Assembly: GCA_010405405.1 (NCBI GenBank)
Contig: MU004240.1
Span: forward strand, 1,146,882-1,210,881
Direction of reading: 5' to 3'
Length of the DNA stretch: 64,000 nt
Source: Microthyrium microscopicum
Lineage: Eukaryota
Under the pieces are notes generated by a model. The model was given only the letters and a program-made list of their open reading frames with translations. It had not been told where the DNA came from and ran no database searches. A program made the translations under genes and the position numbers. The first letter of the stretch is position 1; each line of letters begins with the position of its first letter. Positions 49,792 to 62,534 of the stretch are shown here, piece after piece.

Positions 49792-52166
49792 ATGTCTCGA
49801 GCACATACACCTCGCCCAGATGCCGCTAATGGCTCGAGTGGCTCTGGAGAAAATGACGAAGAACATGTTGAAATGCATGAAATGATGACCGGCAAACCAA
49901 AACTGGCGATTGAGGAGGATATTATGCAGCTCGCGCGGCTGGGAGAAATCAAAGCCATACAAGACCTGTTCGCATCCAAAAAGTTCACCGCAAAATATGC
50001 CGATGAGCAAGGAATCACTCCTCTCCATGTAAGGAGTTGCGCCGCCTCAAAGTTTATGAAAGTCTAACATGAGACAGTGGGCAGCAATCAATAATCATTA
50101 CGCACTATGCCACTTTTTGATTCAGGCTGGAGCTGAAGTCAACGCAAAGGGAGGAGATGCAATGGCTACCCCCGTTTTGTGGGCAGCAAAGAAATGTCAC
50201 TACTACGTCGTTGACCTCTTACTTAAGAATGGGGCCGATCCTCTCCTCACCGATGACCAAGGCTTCAATCTGCTTCATTCTGCAACTCTTGACGGCAATG
50301 TCTTTCAAATCGTCCTCCTCCTACACCAAGATATACCTGTTGATGTGGCAGATGCTCAAGGTCATACAAGTCTGATGTGGGCGGCATATAAAGGCTTCGG
50401 AAACTGCATCGACCTCCTTCTCCGCTGGGGCGCAAACGTTTATGCTCGCGATAACCAGGGCTTTACTGCATTACATTGGGCGCTTGTTAAAGGAGCACAA
50501 CACGGCATATTCAAACTCGTCGAGTATGGATCCGACAGATTTGCTGAAAACAACGAACACAAGACACCCGCAATAACAGCCAAAGAAATGAATTCTGTCA
50601 AGCCATGGCTGGCGGCGCTCAAAGAATGTGGTTACAACCCAGACGGTAGTCCACAAAACTTTCCACTTTCATCTGTCGTAAAAGACAAGAAAGCTTTTTA
50701 CTGGAGGTTATATTTCCTCTGGCCTTTTTTCAACTTGTTTGTCATGTTTTATCTTATTAGCGTATTCCCCATTTATATTGGCCTTCCGGTAGGCGTTGGC
50801 GCTGGCGTTGGTCTGAATATGGTGGCACACAAAGCCTTGAAATGGGCTCCAACGGATATGAAAGGAATTCAGAAAACTGTAAGTCGGTGCGTGTCCTTAG
50901 TATCTCAACTGCTAATTGTTGCAAGCCGTTCATCTCAGGCGTTTTTGCTGGTACTTTATTCTGGATAGGCGCTCTTTGGCTAACAAGAGTTATGCCACGT
51001 AAGTCCTACTTAATATGCTAATAATACGATACTGACTATTATAGAAACGTTCAAAGAGGCTCCAAGTCTCAATTTCTTGTTTGGTGCCTTCTTTGGTCTA
51101 TGTACATACTTTTACTTCAAGACCATGGTAGACAACCCAGGCTTTATTCCCAAAGGAAGCAGTATGAGCCAACAAAAAGCTGCGATTGATGAACTTCTCG
51201 AATCTCGACAGTTTGATGAAGAGCACTTTTGTACAACTTGTATGATACGCCGACCATTGAGAAGCAAACATTGCAAGCGATGCAATAGATGCGTCGCAAA
51301 GCATGATCAGTACGTTTAATTATCCTTTACAAAAGATACGCGTCTAATATGAAATTTCTAGCCACTGCCCTTGGGTAGACAACTGCGTTGGTGTCAATAA
51401 TCACCGACACTTTCTGCTGTACATATTCTCATGTGCACTCGGTATCCTATATTGGGATTGGCTTGCCTGGACATGTGAGTTGCCTGACATTGTACTTTAA
51501 GATGACGCTAATTGTGTAGATTTCACTGTACTTCCCAAACCGCTGGAAGCCAAATGCACTTTCTTGAATGATGAACTCTGTGCAACATACAACTCCGATC
51601 CATTCACTGTCATCCTCACCATTTGGGCTACTCTGCAACTTGTTTGGGTTTCTATGCTTCTCATTGTTCAACTGCTTCAAATCGCCCGAGGATTGACTAC
51701 TTATGAAGCCATGGCACCCAAACATGCTTCCCACTCGCCAATGGGACAATCTGCAATGTCATTTGTCACCACTGGAGACCCATCCTTATCTTCTGCTCAG
51801 ATCAGCGCAACAGACCGGGGCCCAGATCCAGCAGTGCCTCCTGCAAATGCTACCAATGCTCATAATCATGCTCATCATGGTGGACTGCTCGACACTTGGA
51901 AGAGACTTTTGGGTATCGACACATTCGTCGCAGTCGCTTTACATGGCCGTGGCTCACCAGAAGCATCGCGGCAGATCAACCGAAATCCCTTTTCAAAAGG
52001 TTGCTTTACGAATTGCGCCGACTTTTGGCAAGATGATACTCCTTACTTTGGCAGCCGAGAGTCTGGACAAGCGAAATTAGGAGGCGAAAGAGTGGATTAT
52101 AGCGCCATGTACGATCTTCCTGCAGGGCCAGGTTATATGGCAGTAGGCACAGATGACGATGTATAG
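49792..52166 (+). CDS. AKR1: Ankyrin-repeat DHHC palmitoyltransferase, multi-exon
   Basis: Ankyrin repeats ([38 protein letters not shown]), TM helices, and [30 protein letters not shown] with DHHC split by an intron. Confidence 0.94.
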
Positions 52167-52201
52167 ATATGGTGATGAATATTAGTTTCGAGTCCTGATC
52201 A

Positions 52202-54722
52202 TTATACCATTGTCAAGATCTCTTTGGTCCTGATATCCTTGGAACTTGCTCCTATCGATATTCTAAACTCGCCTGGCTCAACGACATACTTCATTCGAAC
52301 ATTCCAGAGCCCAAGATCGGCTACCTTCAGTGACAGTTTCACCTCGATTGATTGTCCAGCTTTGATGAATACCTTTTCGAAACCCTTGAGTTGAATGTTT
52401 GGTACTGCAACGCTTGCTATTAGATCTTCGACGTACAGCTGCACCACCTCCGCACCATCTCTCGACCCAGTGTTTTTGATAGTGACTGAGACTGTGATTG
52501 TATCCTTGACGGTTGCGGTTTTACTTGACAGTCTCAATCCGGAATATGTGAAATTGCTGTATGACTTTCCATATCCAAATTCATATAGCGCTTCAGGAGT
52601 ATTGTCGACATATTGATAGCCGAACTGAACAGAGCCATCTGCCTTGACTTCTCCCGACTTGGCCAGTCTACCAGAATTCAAGTAGTCATAAAATATAGGT
52701 GTGGTTCCAACATCGTGTGGAATGCTGACAGATAGTTTGCCACTGGGGTTTACCTTTCCATAGAGAACATCAGCGAGAGCATTTCCACCCTCTTCAGAAG
52801 GATAGAATTGTTGTATCAATCCAGCTGCCTTCTTCGATATCCATGGTTCAGTGACTGGTTTACCAGATGAGAAGACCACAATAGTTGGCTTTCCAGTATC
52901 GATGATTGCTTTGACCAACGATCCCATGGCTCCGAAGAGTTTCAGCGACGATATATCGACATGTTCGCCTGTCGTAGCATTACCACCGCTCCATAATTCT
53001 GTTTGGTCTCGCGACCAAGTTCCTACAACCACAACTGAAATATCTGCGGACTTTGCTGCTTGAACTGCTTCGGGAAATCCGGACTCATCGTTCGACCAGC
53101 GTTCACAGCCTTTGGCGTATGTGATCTTTCCGGTGGATGCTGCTTTGATACCATCTAGGGGTGTGACGCCATGCCACTGAGCACCTTCAATAACATAATC
53201 GCCATACTAAACCAGTCAGTCATGGTCAATGGTTGCAAATGTATTGCTTACGTTCATATACCCATGTGCCATGGGCCCAATAACCGCAACATTTGCATCG
53301 CTCTTCAACGGCAGCACCCCATTCTTGTTCTCCAACAACACCAAACTCTCAGCATCCAACTCCCGCGCCAACTTCAGCGCCTCCTCCGTCCGAATCGCCT
53401 TCCCAATCTCCTCAACTTCCGCACCCACAAACGGCCTCTCAAACAACCCACTCTTAAACTTCGACCAAAGCACCCTCTCCACCGCCCGATCCACAATCCC
53501 CTCATCCAACTCCCCCCTCTCCACCATCCTCGGAATCTCCTCATAGCTAAAACTCCCACCCCCCATCTCCACATCAGTCCCCGCCTCCAGCGCCAGCCTA
53601 ACCACCGCCTGTTTATCAATCGGTTTCTCACGACACATCTTAAACACCGCACACAGTCGATCCGTCGCGCCCGCATCGCTAATAACATACCCCTCATATC
53701 CCCACTCTTCTCTCAACACACCCGTCAACAACGCCTCGTCCGCAACCGCCGGCACACCATCATACGCATGATACGCGCCCATAACCGAATGCGCACCCGC
53801 ATCAATAATAGCACGCTTAAACGGCGGTAACCACGTCGTTCGTCTCTCGCGCTCACCGCCATGCACGGGACCCGTATTGAGACCTTGTTCCGGCGCAGAG
53901 AAGGCAGCGAAGTGTTTGACTTGGGCGCTGACGTTGCCGGATTGGAGACCGACGACGTAGGCATGTGCTATTTCGCCTGTTAAAAACTGTTCCCTTGATT
54001 AGTGTCCCCCTTTTACAGGAATTCAGATGGGAATGACTTACCCCATCTTCGCCATAAGTTTCCTCAACCCGCCCATACCTAAGTTCCCTCGCCAAATCCG
54101 CCAACGGCGCAAACAGCATATTGACACCAACGGCACGCGCCTCGTCCGCAATGACCCTCGCCATCCTTTTCACGAGATCTACGTTCCAGCTACATGCGTG
54201 GGCGATTGGGGAGTTGAATATCGTCGCATTTAACGCTAAGAAGCCGTGTATTGCTTCCGTCTGCACAAACGCCGGTATACCTAACCTCGTCTCATGCACC
54301 AAGTAGTTTTGCCCAGCTTTGATGCCTGCGGAAAGTTTGGCGACGGGGAGAGGGTAGCCGACGTAGAATTGGGATGCGCGGGGACCGAGAGCGTTGGGGA
54401 GGGCGGATGTGTTGAGAGTACCGGTTTTGGGATCCATCCAAGTATCTAGGCCGGACTGCAGGAGTTGGGACGTTTTTTCTGGGGGCTATTAGTGCTTGAA
54501 GAGAAGAGAGAGGAAGGGAGGGGAGGTACCTTGGATTGTCATGCGGCGTAGGAGATCGGATATGCGTGCTTCGATGGGTGCGGATGGGTTCTTGTAGAGG
54601 GCTGTAGGTGGAATGGCATCTTTGGAGTTGGTGGAGTTTATGGATGTGGTTTGATTCCATGGTTTGGCGAATGTGTTGCTGGCGCAGAGGGCCGCGAGGA
54701 AGAAGGTCGGCCAGCCAGCCAT
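52202..54722 (-). CDS. Secreted glycoside hydrolase family 3 (beta-glucosidase/xylosidase-like), three introns
   Basis: Signal peptide, TRLGIP..EAIHG, RYGRVEETYGED, VKHF, GYVISDAG (nucleophile Asp), SLVLLEN, NPSGKL, YEFGYGKSY, FnIII-like C-terminus GAEVVQLYV. Confidence 0.93.
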
Positions 54723-55154
54723 GGTGGTAAGCTGGTGAGAAAACCTTGGATGGTGTTGAAAGAGGCCATTGGAATATGGTTTTATTTTTGAGTAGTCGGA
54801 ATTATTTTCTAGTGCAATCTATGATCTTGGTAAAGTTAATTGCTTTAAAGAGTTGTTCGTGTTATAGAGAGATGTTAGTGTGTAAGAGTGATCCAAGCGG
54901 TATATAGCGATATGAGCTACCCTAGATGATATATTAATAGTAAACAGTCCTTTTCGAATGAATGTAGTTTTGAATCAGTAGATGCATTTGCTACCTACGA
55001 ACAAGCCTGGTTTAATCGATGAAATAGATCTATAATCCAAGATCAGAAGACAAAAACTCCGCCATGCTCAGATGTTGAGCCCGTATTGCCATATGCAAAG
55101 CCCCGTAAAACTCCAAGCCATGACGGATCCATTCTGCCAAGCTACCTCCCAAAT

Positions 55155-55664
55155 CTATGCCCGGTACTTCTTAGTCCACTCCTTGGCCTTCTTGTCAAAC
55201 TCTACACGGTTTTCCTTGTACTGGGTAGCAATTTCGAGTTCAAGGGGATCGTCGACATTGGGCACGATGAGTAGGCCACGGATGGCTTCTATGACTTGCT
55301 TGCACATGGAAGCGGGCTTCCAGGCATCTGGCTTGAGCATGGCTATACAGACGGAGCCGGTGGCGTCGTTTGTTACGTTACAGTGGTAGATCTTGGTCTT
55401 GAAGGTGACGACGGGAGGTTTGAAGGGGTAATCGTCTGGGAGCACGAAGTTGACCTTGAAGCGGCCGCCCTAGTTGTTGATTAGAATTGTAAAGAGTTGG
55501 AGGAGCGGGATGCTTACGGCATAGGGAGAGTTGGCTGGGCCGTCTATGAGGACGTTCCACTCTTTGAAGTTGGCTTCATCGACGAGGGAGACTTTGCAGC
55601 CTGGTGGAGGATTGGTGCTGCAGTCGCTGAATTCTTTCAGTACACGCTTATTAGGGGCGGCCAT
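55155..55664 (-). CDS. Ubiquitin-conjugating enzyme E2, one intron
   Basis: KRVLKE, GPANSPYA/GGRF, YPFKPP, KIYHCNV...GSVC (catalytic Cys), WKPA, PNVDDPL. Confidence 0.92.
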
Positions 55665-56749
55665 ATTGGTGGTTATGCTTGTGTGTATTGTTGGGCAGAG
55701 AGGAAGATGTTCGGGCAGCAAAGAATCAGGATGGTGAGGAAGAAGAGGGTGTTTTATAAGTAGTAGATTATATAGAGTGAAGCAGCAGTGGTGGCTGACT
55801 ACCTAGAAGATCAGTGTCGTGGATGGGTGTTGGACGAGACCTTGGTGATCTATGCCTAGCACTGCCTGGTTGGTACATATGGCGGGGGCGTTACAGTTGT
55901 ACCAGTAGCTCGTGTGACTCCTTGGTTGGTTACAGCTACAAGTCTTTACATCTCAGACATCTTTCTTCGACTATTGAAACTACTTCGATATCACTCCCAA
56001 GAACGTGATGTTCTGTCTTCACAACAATCAAATTGTCTGACAAGGAAGATGCTATGAGCCTATGACAGAGTTGTTTCAGAAACTCCCCGCCATGTGGATT
56101 ATTCACAAAAGTCAGCCACTCCAAGCCTCCAACGACTTGTACAGCTCTACTTCTTTCTCTTTTCTTGTTTATTCTCCCACCTCTGGTTATCAGGCATGAG
56201 CACATACAATCCAACGCCCTTCTGCTTCACTCTTTCTCCCGCATGGAAGTCATTGGCAAGACGTGGAATCACACAGAATTCAGTAAGCTTTCCAATTGAC
56301 ACTGGACAGCAGCAACTCCAGGATACCCCACGGCTTTTGGGCGCACGCAGACGCGACCAGTCACCAATCAAATGCCCAATGAGGAGGCTGTTGCTCTGAC
56401 AGGGCGCGCCAAAGCCGCTTGAGAAGTTGAGCCCTGCATCAGCACAGCCTTGTTGAGGAGTCTATGCCCAATCTAGACATGGAAAACAAGGCAGAGGCCT
56501 GTCCCCCAGAAATCCCACTTGCGACTCGCGAGGTACCCGCTGTGCGCCTGGCTACTTAAGAGCGGCCTCCCCTTCCCTCTCTTCCGCTCTTCAGAGTCGA
56601 CCGAAACTTTCAAGTTGAGTATATTGCTTCCGCCTTTGTTGGTGCAGCATATCTTAGCTTCCGGAACTCCAGCCTCGCGCCCTCTGCGTACTAACCTCTC
56701 AATCAATCATTCTTCTCGTCGCTCGTTTCTTGCTCCAGCAACCGTCAAT

Positions 56750-57622
56750 ATGCTCTCATTCCGTTCCAAGGACCGAATTGGCAAATTGACCAAGCCCAAC
56801 AAGAGATCTTTTCGCGATGCGGTAAAGATGAAGATCGCTGATAGTCTGGACAGTCCCCCCAAGACTGCTGACGGGTACATCTCTTCTTCCACAAATCACA
56901 TTACACAACTAACCTTCTCCAGCGGCTCGCCCGCCCTCACCAGCGCCATCATCACAATTGTGGTGGGACAAGAACAACGACTGTTCGCCGCTCACGAAGA
57001 TGTTCTAACCCTCTCGCCTGTCCTCGCACAGGCCTGTCGCGACGGATTCTTCAAGAGCAATGACCGACGCCTCTTCCTACACGACGAAGAACCAGAAACC
57101 TTCTCTTGCGTTCTCGAGTATCTATACAAGGGTGACTACTCTCCGCGCCTTGTCCACGACAAGCGCCGCACCACCTGGATGCTCGATGGCGATCACAAGA
57201 CCACCCCTAAACTCGGCGGCCGCGGGCCACAAGCGAATCCGTCCGCGACAATCTTCCACTCCGGCATTGGCGATGTAATTCTGCGCGACACTGCTGTGTA
57301 CTGTGCGGCTGATCGCTACGGCCTTGACGAGCTCAAGAAGCTGGCGCTGCGCAAGCAGGGTCTGCAGAGCGGAATCGAGGTGTCGACGATCTTGCGCAGT
57401 GCTCGGTACGCGTATGACAACACGCCGGACACGGATTCGCGGCTACGCGCTCATTATTTAGCTCTAGTCATCCGCTCAAGGAAAACCTTCAAGCGTAGCG
57501 GCACCATGCAGATGGAGATGGAGATTGGCGGCAAATTGTTCTTTGACCTGTTCGTGGCAATGTGCAACCATATGGATGATCTGGAGTCTCTCAACATCAA
57601 GGGAACTCCCAAGACGATCTGA
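56750..57622 (+). CDS. BTB/POZ domain protein; probable intron 56875-56922
   Basis: ITIVVGQEQRLFAAHEDVLTLSP...FF...LHDEEPETFSCVLEYLYKGDY and VYCAADRYGLDELKKLA. Confidence 0.85.
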   Translation: MLSFRSKDRIGKLTKPNKRSFRDAVKMKIADSLDSPPKTADGYISSSTNHITQLTFSSGSPALTSAIITIVVGQEQRLFAAHEDVLTLSPVLAQACRDGFFKSNDRRLFLHDEEPETFSCVLEYLYKGDYSPRLVHDKRRTTWMLDGDHKTTPKLGGRGPQANPSATIFHSGIGDVILRDTAVYCAADRYGLDELKKLALRKQGLQSGIEVSTILRSARYAYDNTPDTDSRLRAHYLALVIRSRKTFKRSGTMQMEMEIGGKLFFDLFVAMCNHMDDLESLNIKGTPKTI

Positions 57623-59307
57623 AGCTGTGGGCCCACAATTCTGTCACGATTCGTTCCTTTTGTAAAGAAACCAGGTCTACCATAACCTCGGAGTACATCA
57701 TTTTTTTACCAGATTGGATCTCGCATGTTATTCGTCAAGTCACATTGCAACCAGACTGTTTTCCCCTACTCAGCAAATCGGACGAGAACGAAAGCGAGCG
57801 AGTTGGCGTTTTTTGGGTTCTTCTGTTTTGATCGGAAGCGGAACTCCTCTTACTCTCAACTAATTCTTCCTTCGATTCTGAGGCCGGCTGTTTTGGTTGC
57901 AACCCCTTTTACCATGCCCTTCTGGAATTATCTGTTGTCTCCTTACTATGGGAAATATTGGGCGTTTTTATTGCTTACGATCCTACCTCCCACCTCAAGT
58001 TTTTTTTATATCTCCCCCTTAGTATCTGACAGCTCCACGTCCTAGAGGCGTCGTGTTGGAAGAAAACAGGGGTTGAAGGTATCCTATCCCTAACGCAAAC
58101 GCAAGTCGTTTGTTGGGTTACAAGTTGTTGAATTTTTTTGTTATGATGAATGTGTTAAGATAAACTCCATCTGCCATGTGTGTTTTGCGATGTTTTTGAA
58201 AGAACTTACACTCTCTTATACCCATTTTCTTTTGTCTTGGTGTGAGAAGCTAGTTCTTGTTAGCAACTAGGCTTTGGATGTGTGTAGAAGGAGTATAAGT
58301 TGGAAACGGTACCGCTTGAACGGTTGTCGTGAGTCGGAAATTTGAGCTAGGAAATGAGAAAATCGGCCGCCTCAATTTGTGTTTTTGTGCCTTTGTGACT
58401 AAAAACTCAACTAGTCTACAACGTATTCGCTCCAAATGTAATCTTCCATTGGTTTCAAGGTACGATAGGAACGATTGTGTGATGTAGCGCTAAGTGATTT
58501 CCCACCAGGTGTTTATGCTCTCACTATAGAGTAATCTGCCAACCAATGGACAAAATGAATGTCGCTCTGCCATCGGCGCCCGATAGCTCCCACGAACGTT
58601 ATTACTTAAAAGTTGTAACGCTTTCTATCGCATTCAATTGAATGCCCAAGTCTGAACGCGCTTGATGGCAAATAGAGCAATCGATAGTATATCGTCTTGT
58701 ATGGGAGCCATCGCGCTTGCTGGGAGCGCGCCATTTATTTTGTCGAAATCTTGTCCGCTCATAAGGCTGAGGGCTACCTCAACCTGTTAGGCTGAAGCTT
58801 TACCACGCGTCTAACTCCCACTCATTATCAAGCAAATTTCCTTTGAAGATATGAACCGTGTGACGCGTTTCTGTAGCCTATTCTAAGCGATGGCATAGAC
58901 TTCCACAGGAACCAAATCTGATGCTTAATGGCGTTGAATTGTCAGCAGTCGGTCTGTATCCCTCCGAGGCTGAAAAATGCAGCATAAGCAATCGTACTTA
59001 GCATTAACCTCCATACAGTCTGGTATCAGGCTTACTTCCTCTCATACCCAATTCCTCCCTTGCCATAAGACATTATTTATCAGCTGAAAAATCAAAGTCA
59101 TTGCGCTTCGAACAAAAAAGTACGTGCACCGGATCCCCGCTTCTTGTAGTACAAGAACGACTTCGATCCCAGCCTTGCCAGCCTCAAGCTAAGCTTCCCA
59201 AGCTATCTCAACCATCCACTTCATCAATGACCCATACATAACATCGTACCACAAACAACTCGCCACCTCCCGACTGTTACTCCATCAGTCGCACTGCCTA
59301 AAACACA

Positions 59308-60222
59308 ATGTCCAAACCAATCCTCGTCCTCGGAGCCACCGGCAAACAAGGCGGCGCCCTCATCACCGCCCTCCTCGCCAGTCCCAAAGCATCCTCCTAC
59401 CTCCTCCTCGCCGTAACCCGCAACGCAACCTCCCCCACCGCCCAAAAACTCGCCGCCAAACATGGTGTCAAACTCGTCCAAGGAGACATGAACGACATCC
59501 CCGCCCTCTTCGAAGCCGCCAAAGAAGTCGCCGGCGCGCCTCTCTGGGGCGTGTTCAGCGTGCAAGTCTCCAACGGCACGGGCTCTGAACTCGAAGAAGC
59601 ATATGGCAAAGGCCTTGTTGACGCAGCTCTTGACTCGAGCGTCAAGATGTTTGTATATACGTCCGTGGAGCGCGGTGGTGAAGAGAAGAGCTGGGAGAAT
59701 GCTACGGAGATTCGCCATTTTGTGACAAAGTATAATATTGAGCACTATCTGCGTGATAAGGCGGGCGAGACGATGCAGTGGGCGATTTTGAGACCGACGG
59801 CTTTCATGGATAATTGGAATGTTGGGTTTCTGCCGCGTATCTTTGCGGCGATTTGGAAGTTGGAGAATCCGACGAAGCCGTTGCAGCTTATTTGCTCCAA
59901 GGATATTGGCATTTTTGCAAGTTTGGTGTTTTTGGAGCCGGACAAGTTCAATCACAAGGCTATTGGGCTAGCTGGAGATGAGCTGTCGTATCCGGAGTTT
60001 TGCGAGGTTTATAAGAGCAAGACGGGACAAGATCTACCAGAGGGTTATGGCTTCATGGCGCGTGGAGTGCTATTTATGCTGTCCGAGGTCAAGGTCATGT
60101 TCCAGTGGTTTAAGACTGATGGGTACAAGGCGGATATTCCTGCTCTCAAGGAAATGCATCCTGGCTTGTTGACGTGGGGAGAATGGGTAGAGAAGGAGAG
60201 CGACCATGAGACAAAGAAATGA
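59308..60222 (+). CDS. NmrA-like NAD(P)-binding protein
   Basis: ILVLGATGKQGG Rossmann motif, VTRN, VQGD, HFVTKYNIEHYL, ILRPTAFMDN, DIG. Confidence 0.9.
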   Translation: MSKPILVLGATGKQGGALITALLASPKASSYLLLAVTRNATSPTAQKLAAKHGVKLVQGDMNDIPALFEAAKEVAGAPLWGVFSVQVSNGTGSELEEAYGKGLVDAALDSSVKMFVYTSVERGGEEKSWENATEIRHFVTKYNIEHYLRDKAGETMQWAILRPTAFMDNWNVGFLPRIFAAIWKLENPTKPLQLICSKDIGIFASLVFLEPDKFNHKAIGLAGDELSYPEFCEVYKSKTGQDLPEGYGFMARGVLFMLSEVKVMFQWFKTDGYKADIPALKEMHPGLLTWGEWVEKESDHETKK

Positions 60223-60388
60223 TCAAAATGGTAGGGCCTGCCAGCGTATGGGCAAAGCAAAACGGATTGTGAAAGTAATGTAACAAGCCATGTCTGAAAA
60301 TCATCCACTTGTATCTCTAATTTATTCAAAAAACATTATACATTTCGTGCCCATATATCCTACAATCCCACTTATTATTCACAAGAAA

Positions 60389-62534
60389 TTAAAAGAATGC
60401 TTTCCACCCCAAATCAGCAATCTTCTCTCTGGCCCGATGCGTCTTCCCACTCTTCAACGAGTTCCTTGTATTCTCCAAATATCCAGGAATCGGCGTCGCT
60501 GTCCCCTGAGGTGGTCCACTGCAAGAACCCAGCCGTCCTATGACAGCTTTCCCTCCATCTCTGCCACTACCTCCACTGGTTTCCGCTCTGCCAACCAGAG
60601 CTTCAACCTCCAGTACACCAGCGTCATCCGGCCCTTGCGCCAATTGGCCGTCCAGGACGTATTCTATGGATGATGTTACTCGGCCGACAAAGTTCTTGAT
60701 CGTGTATTTATGCTGTATCACACCACGCTCATCGGTCACTATTACGCGCATCAGCGGCATCAGTCGCGCAGCCTCGAGCCGTTCTTGGGCTGCTAATCGT
60801 GCGCCGGCTAGCGAGCTACGCAGACTCAGCGCTGATGCTGCTTCGCTGTCGCTTGGTCTTGCAATTGAGCTGCGTGGTCGACAGAGAATCTGTAGCGTGC
60901 CGTCATCACAGGGTGCGCAAATAGCGCGGAGGGATGGGAAGGCGCGTTCGCGGATGCTGTGCGCTAGGTGGGCGAGTGAAGGTTGCGAGAAAGGTGAGAT
61001 ATCCCAGTGCAGAAAGGCGAGAGATTTTGAGGAATAGATAGGCGCATCGACGGTAGTACCAGGTAGAGTGGGAGCGACAGATTGGACTAGTGTAAAGCGT
61101 TGGAGACGGCAGGCAACGCTGAGTATGTTGGCGATGAGTTTGGCGGATGTGATTTCGATGTTGATGAGGGATAGATTGCGCATGGATTCGAGACTGCGAG
61201 ATGAGGCGAGGCGAGAAAGACCGCGTTCTGTCACACCAGACACGTCTTGAAGGCGTAGAGATTGAAGGTTCCAGGGAAGGGCGGCGAGAGTCCGATCATT
61301 GAATTGTTTCTTATCAAAACCGGAGACAAGAAGATGCTTGAGGGAGGTGAGCATGCGAAATGTGCCAACAAATGCTCGGTAGTCCAAATTGCCCGTGTCT
61401 TGACCAAAAAGGAGCAGTGTTTCTAGATATTGCCATCTGAGATGCGTGTTCAAGAACACATCGCCGTTGTCAATACTTCCGTCATATTCGACCGGTCTTG
61501 CATTCGTAACCAATTCTCCCGAAGCGTCATAGGACTCCTCAATACCCTTCATGATCCATGTGTGAGTTTTGAGATATACACGCGTGGACAAGGCGTGAGT
61601 AAGTCGATCATATTCATGGTCGAAGCTCAGATATAATCCAGCGAATTCTTCGAGGTTTGGACAACACATAACCAAGGAGGCCAATGTGGCCACCGTAGTC
61701 GATCGGTCCGCAGCATCAAGGAATAAATTGATAGATTGTAATCCTGGCGTATGTATTTCCCTGACCAGCTTGGCGAGGTCCGGCTTATTCCGGAGACTTC
61801 TTCGGAGTTGTTTCATTCGCAGGAATATAGGGGACTTGTTTTGTTGATGAACAGGGTCGTCCACGGGAATCCATAATTTCTGGTATCTGTATTCTTGTCA
61901 ATAACAGGAACATTTCACACGCTGAGGGTAAATCATACAGTGCACGTTGTGCCACTACTCTCCAGGACTTGCTGGTCAAAGAAAGACTATTGAGGTCCGC
62001 TAGGTAGCAGGTAAGACAGGCTCCTCCATCAGATCTCATGTACATTTCCGCCAACTGAGTGATAATACACTGATAGACTTCAATTGGCAATCTCTTGAAT
62101 ATTCGAGCTGGCAACTGGGGTAAACCATTTGAACTCTTTCCAGTTGATGGCCTGGGCACTGCCCCCGATTCTTGCCATTGTCTCGCGAATGCGCGTTTCG
62201 ATCTATCAGCCTCCCATGGCGTCTTGACCAGTTTTGGGGCAGTATCGAACCGATATTTCTTGGCCGGCTCGTGTTCGCTAGCGATTGTCGCGTAAGAAGT
62301 CCTTGAAGAGAGTGATCCATATGAAGCTTTACTGCGAACAGATCTGGTCGAACCCGTTGTAGAAACCGATATTACGCTGTCTCTACATGAGTTGGCTGAC
62401 TTTGGTTGCGCGATATAGCTGCTAGGATATCTGATGTTGTTAGCCCCTTTTTAAGCTTTCAATGACATTCTTGACAGCATCACTTACCGTCCAAAATCAC
62501 CCGCCATATCTGCTTGTTGTTGCAATGCAATCAT
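60389..62534 (-). CDS. F-box / leucine-rich-repeat (RNI-like) protein, two introns
   Basis: IFKRLPIEVYQCII...DLNSLSLTSKSWRVVAQRALY (F-box-like), then LxxL repeats (CPNLEEF, LETLLLF, LTSLKHLLV, LQSLRL, FPSLRAI). A GTAAGT..GCTAAC..CAG intron links to ATG 62534 or 62507. Confidence 0.78.

Noticed and set aside
53171..53830. 219-aa + strand ORF rich in P/H/L/R
   Set aside because: Antisense shadow of the GH3 exon, kept open by the extreme C/A skew.
59141..59175. Hairpin TTCTTGT-AGT-ACAAGAA and a TTCGATCCC T-loop-like string
   Set aside because: No cloverleaf or acceptor stem can be built; not a tRNA.
59224..59955. 243-aa - strand ORF
   Set aside because: Antisense shadow of the NmrA-like gene; no recognisable motifs.
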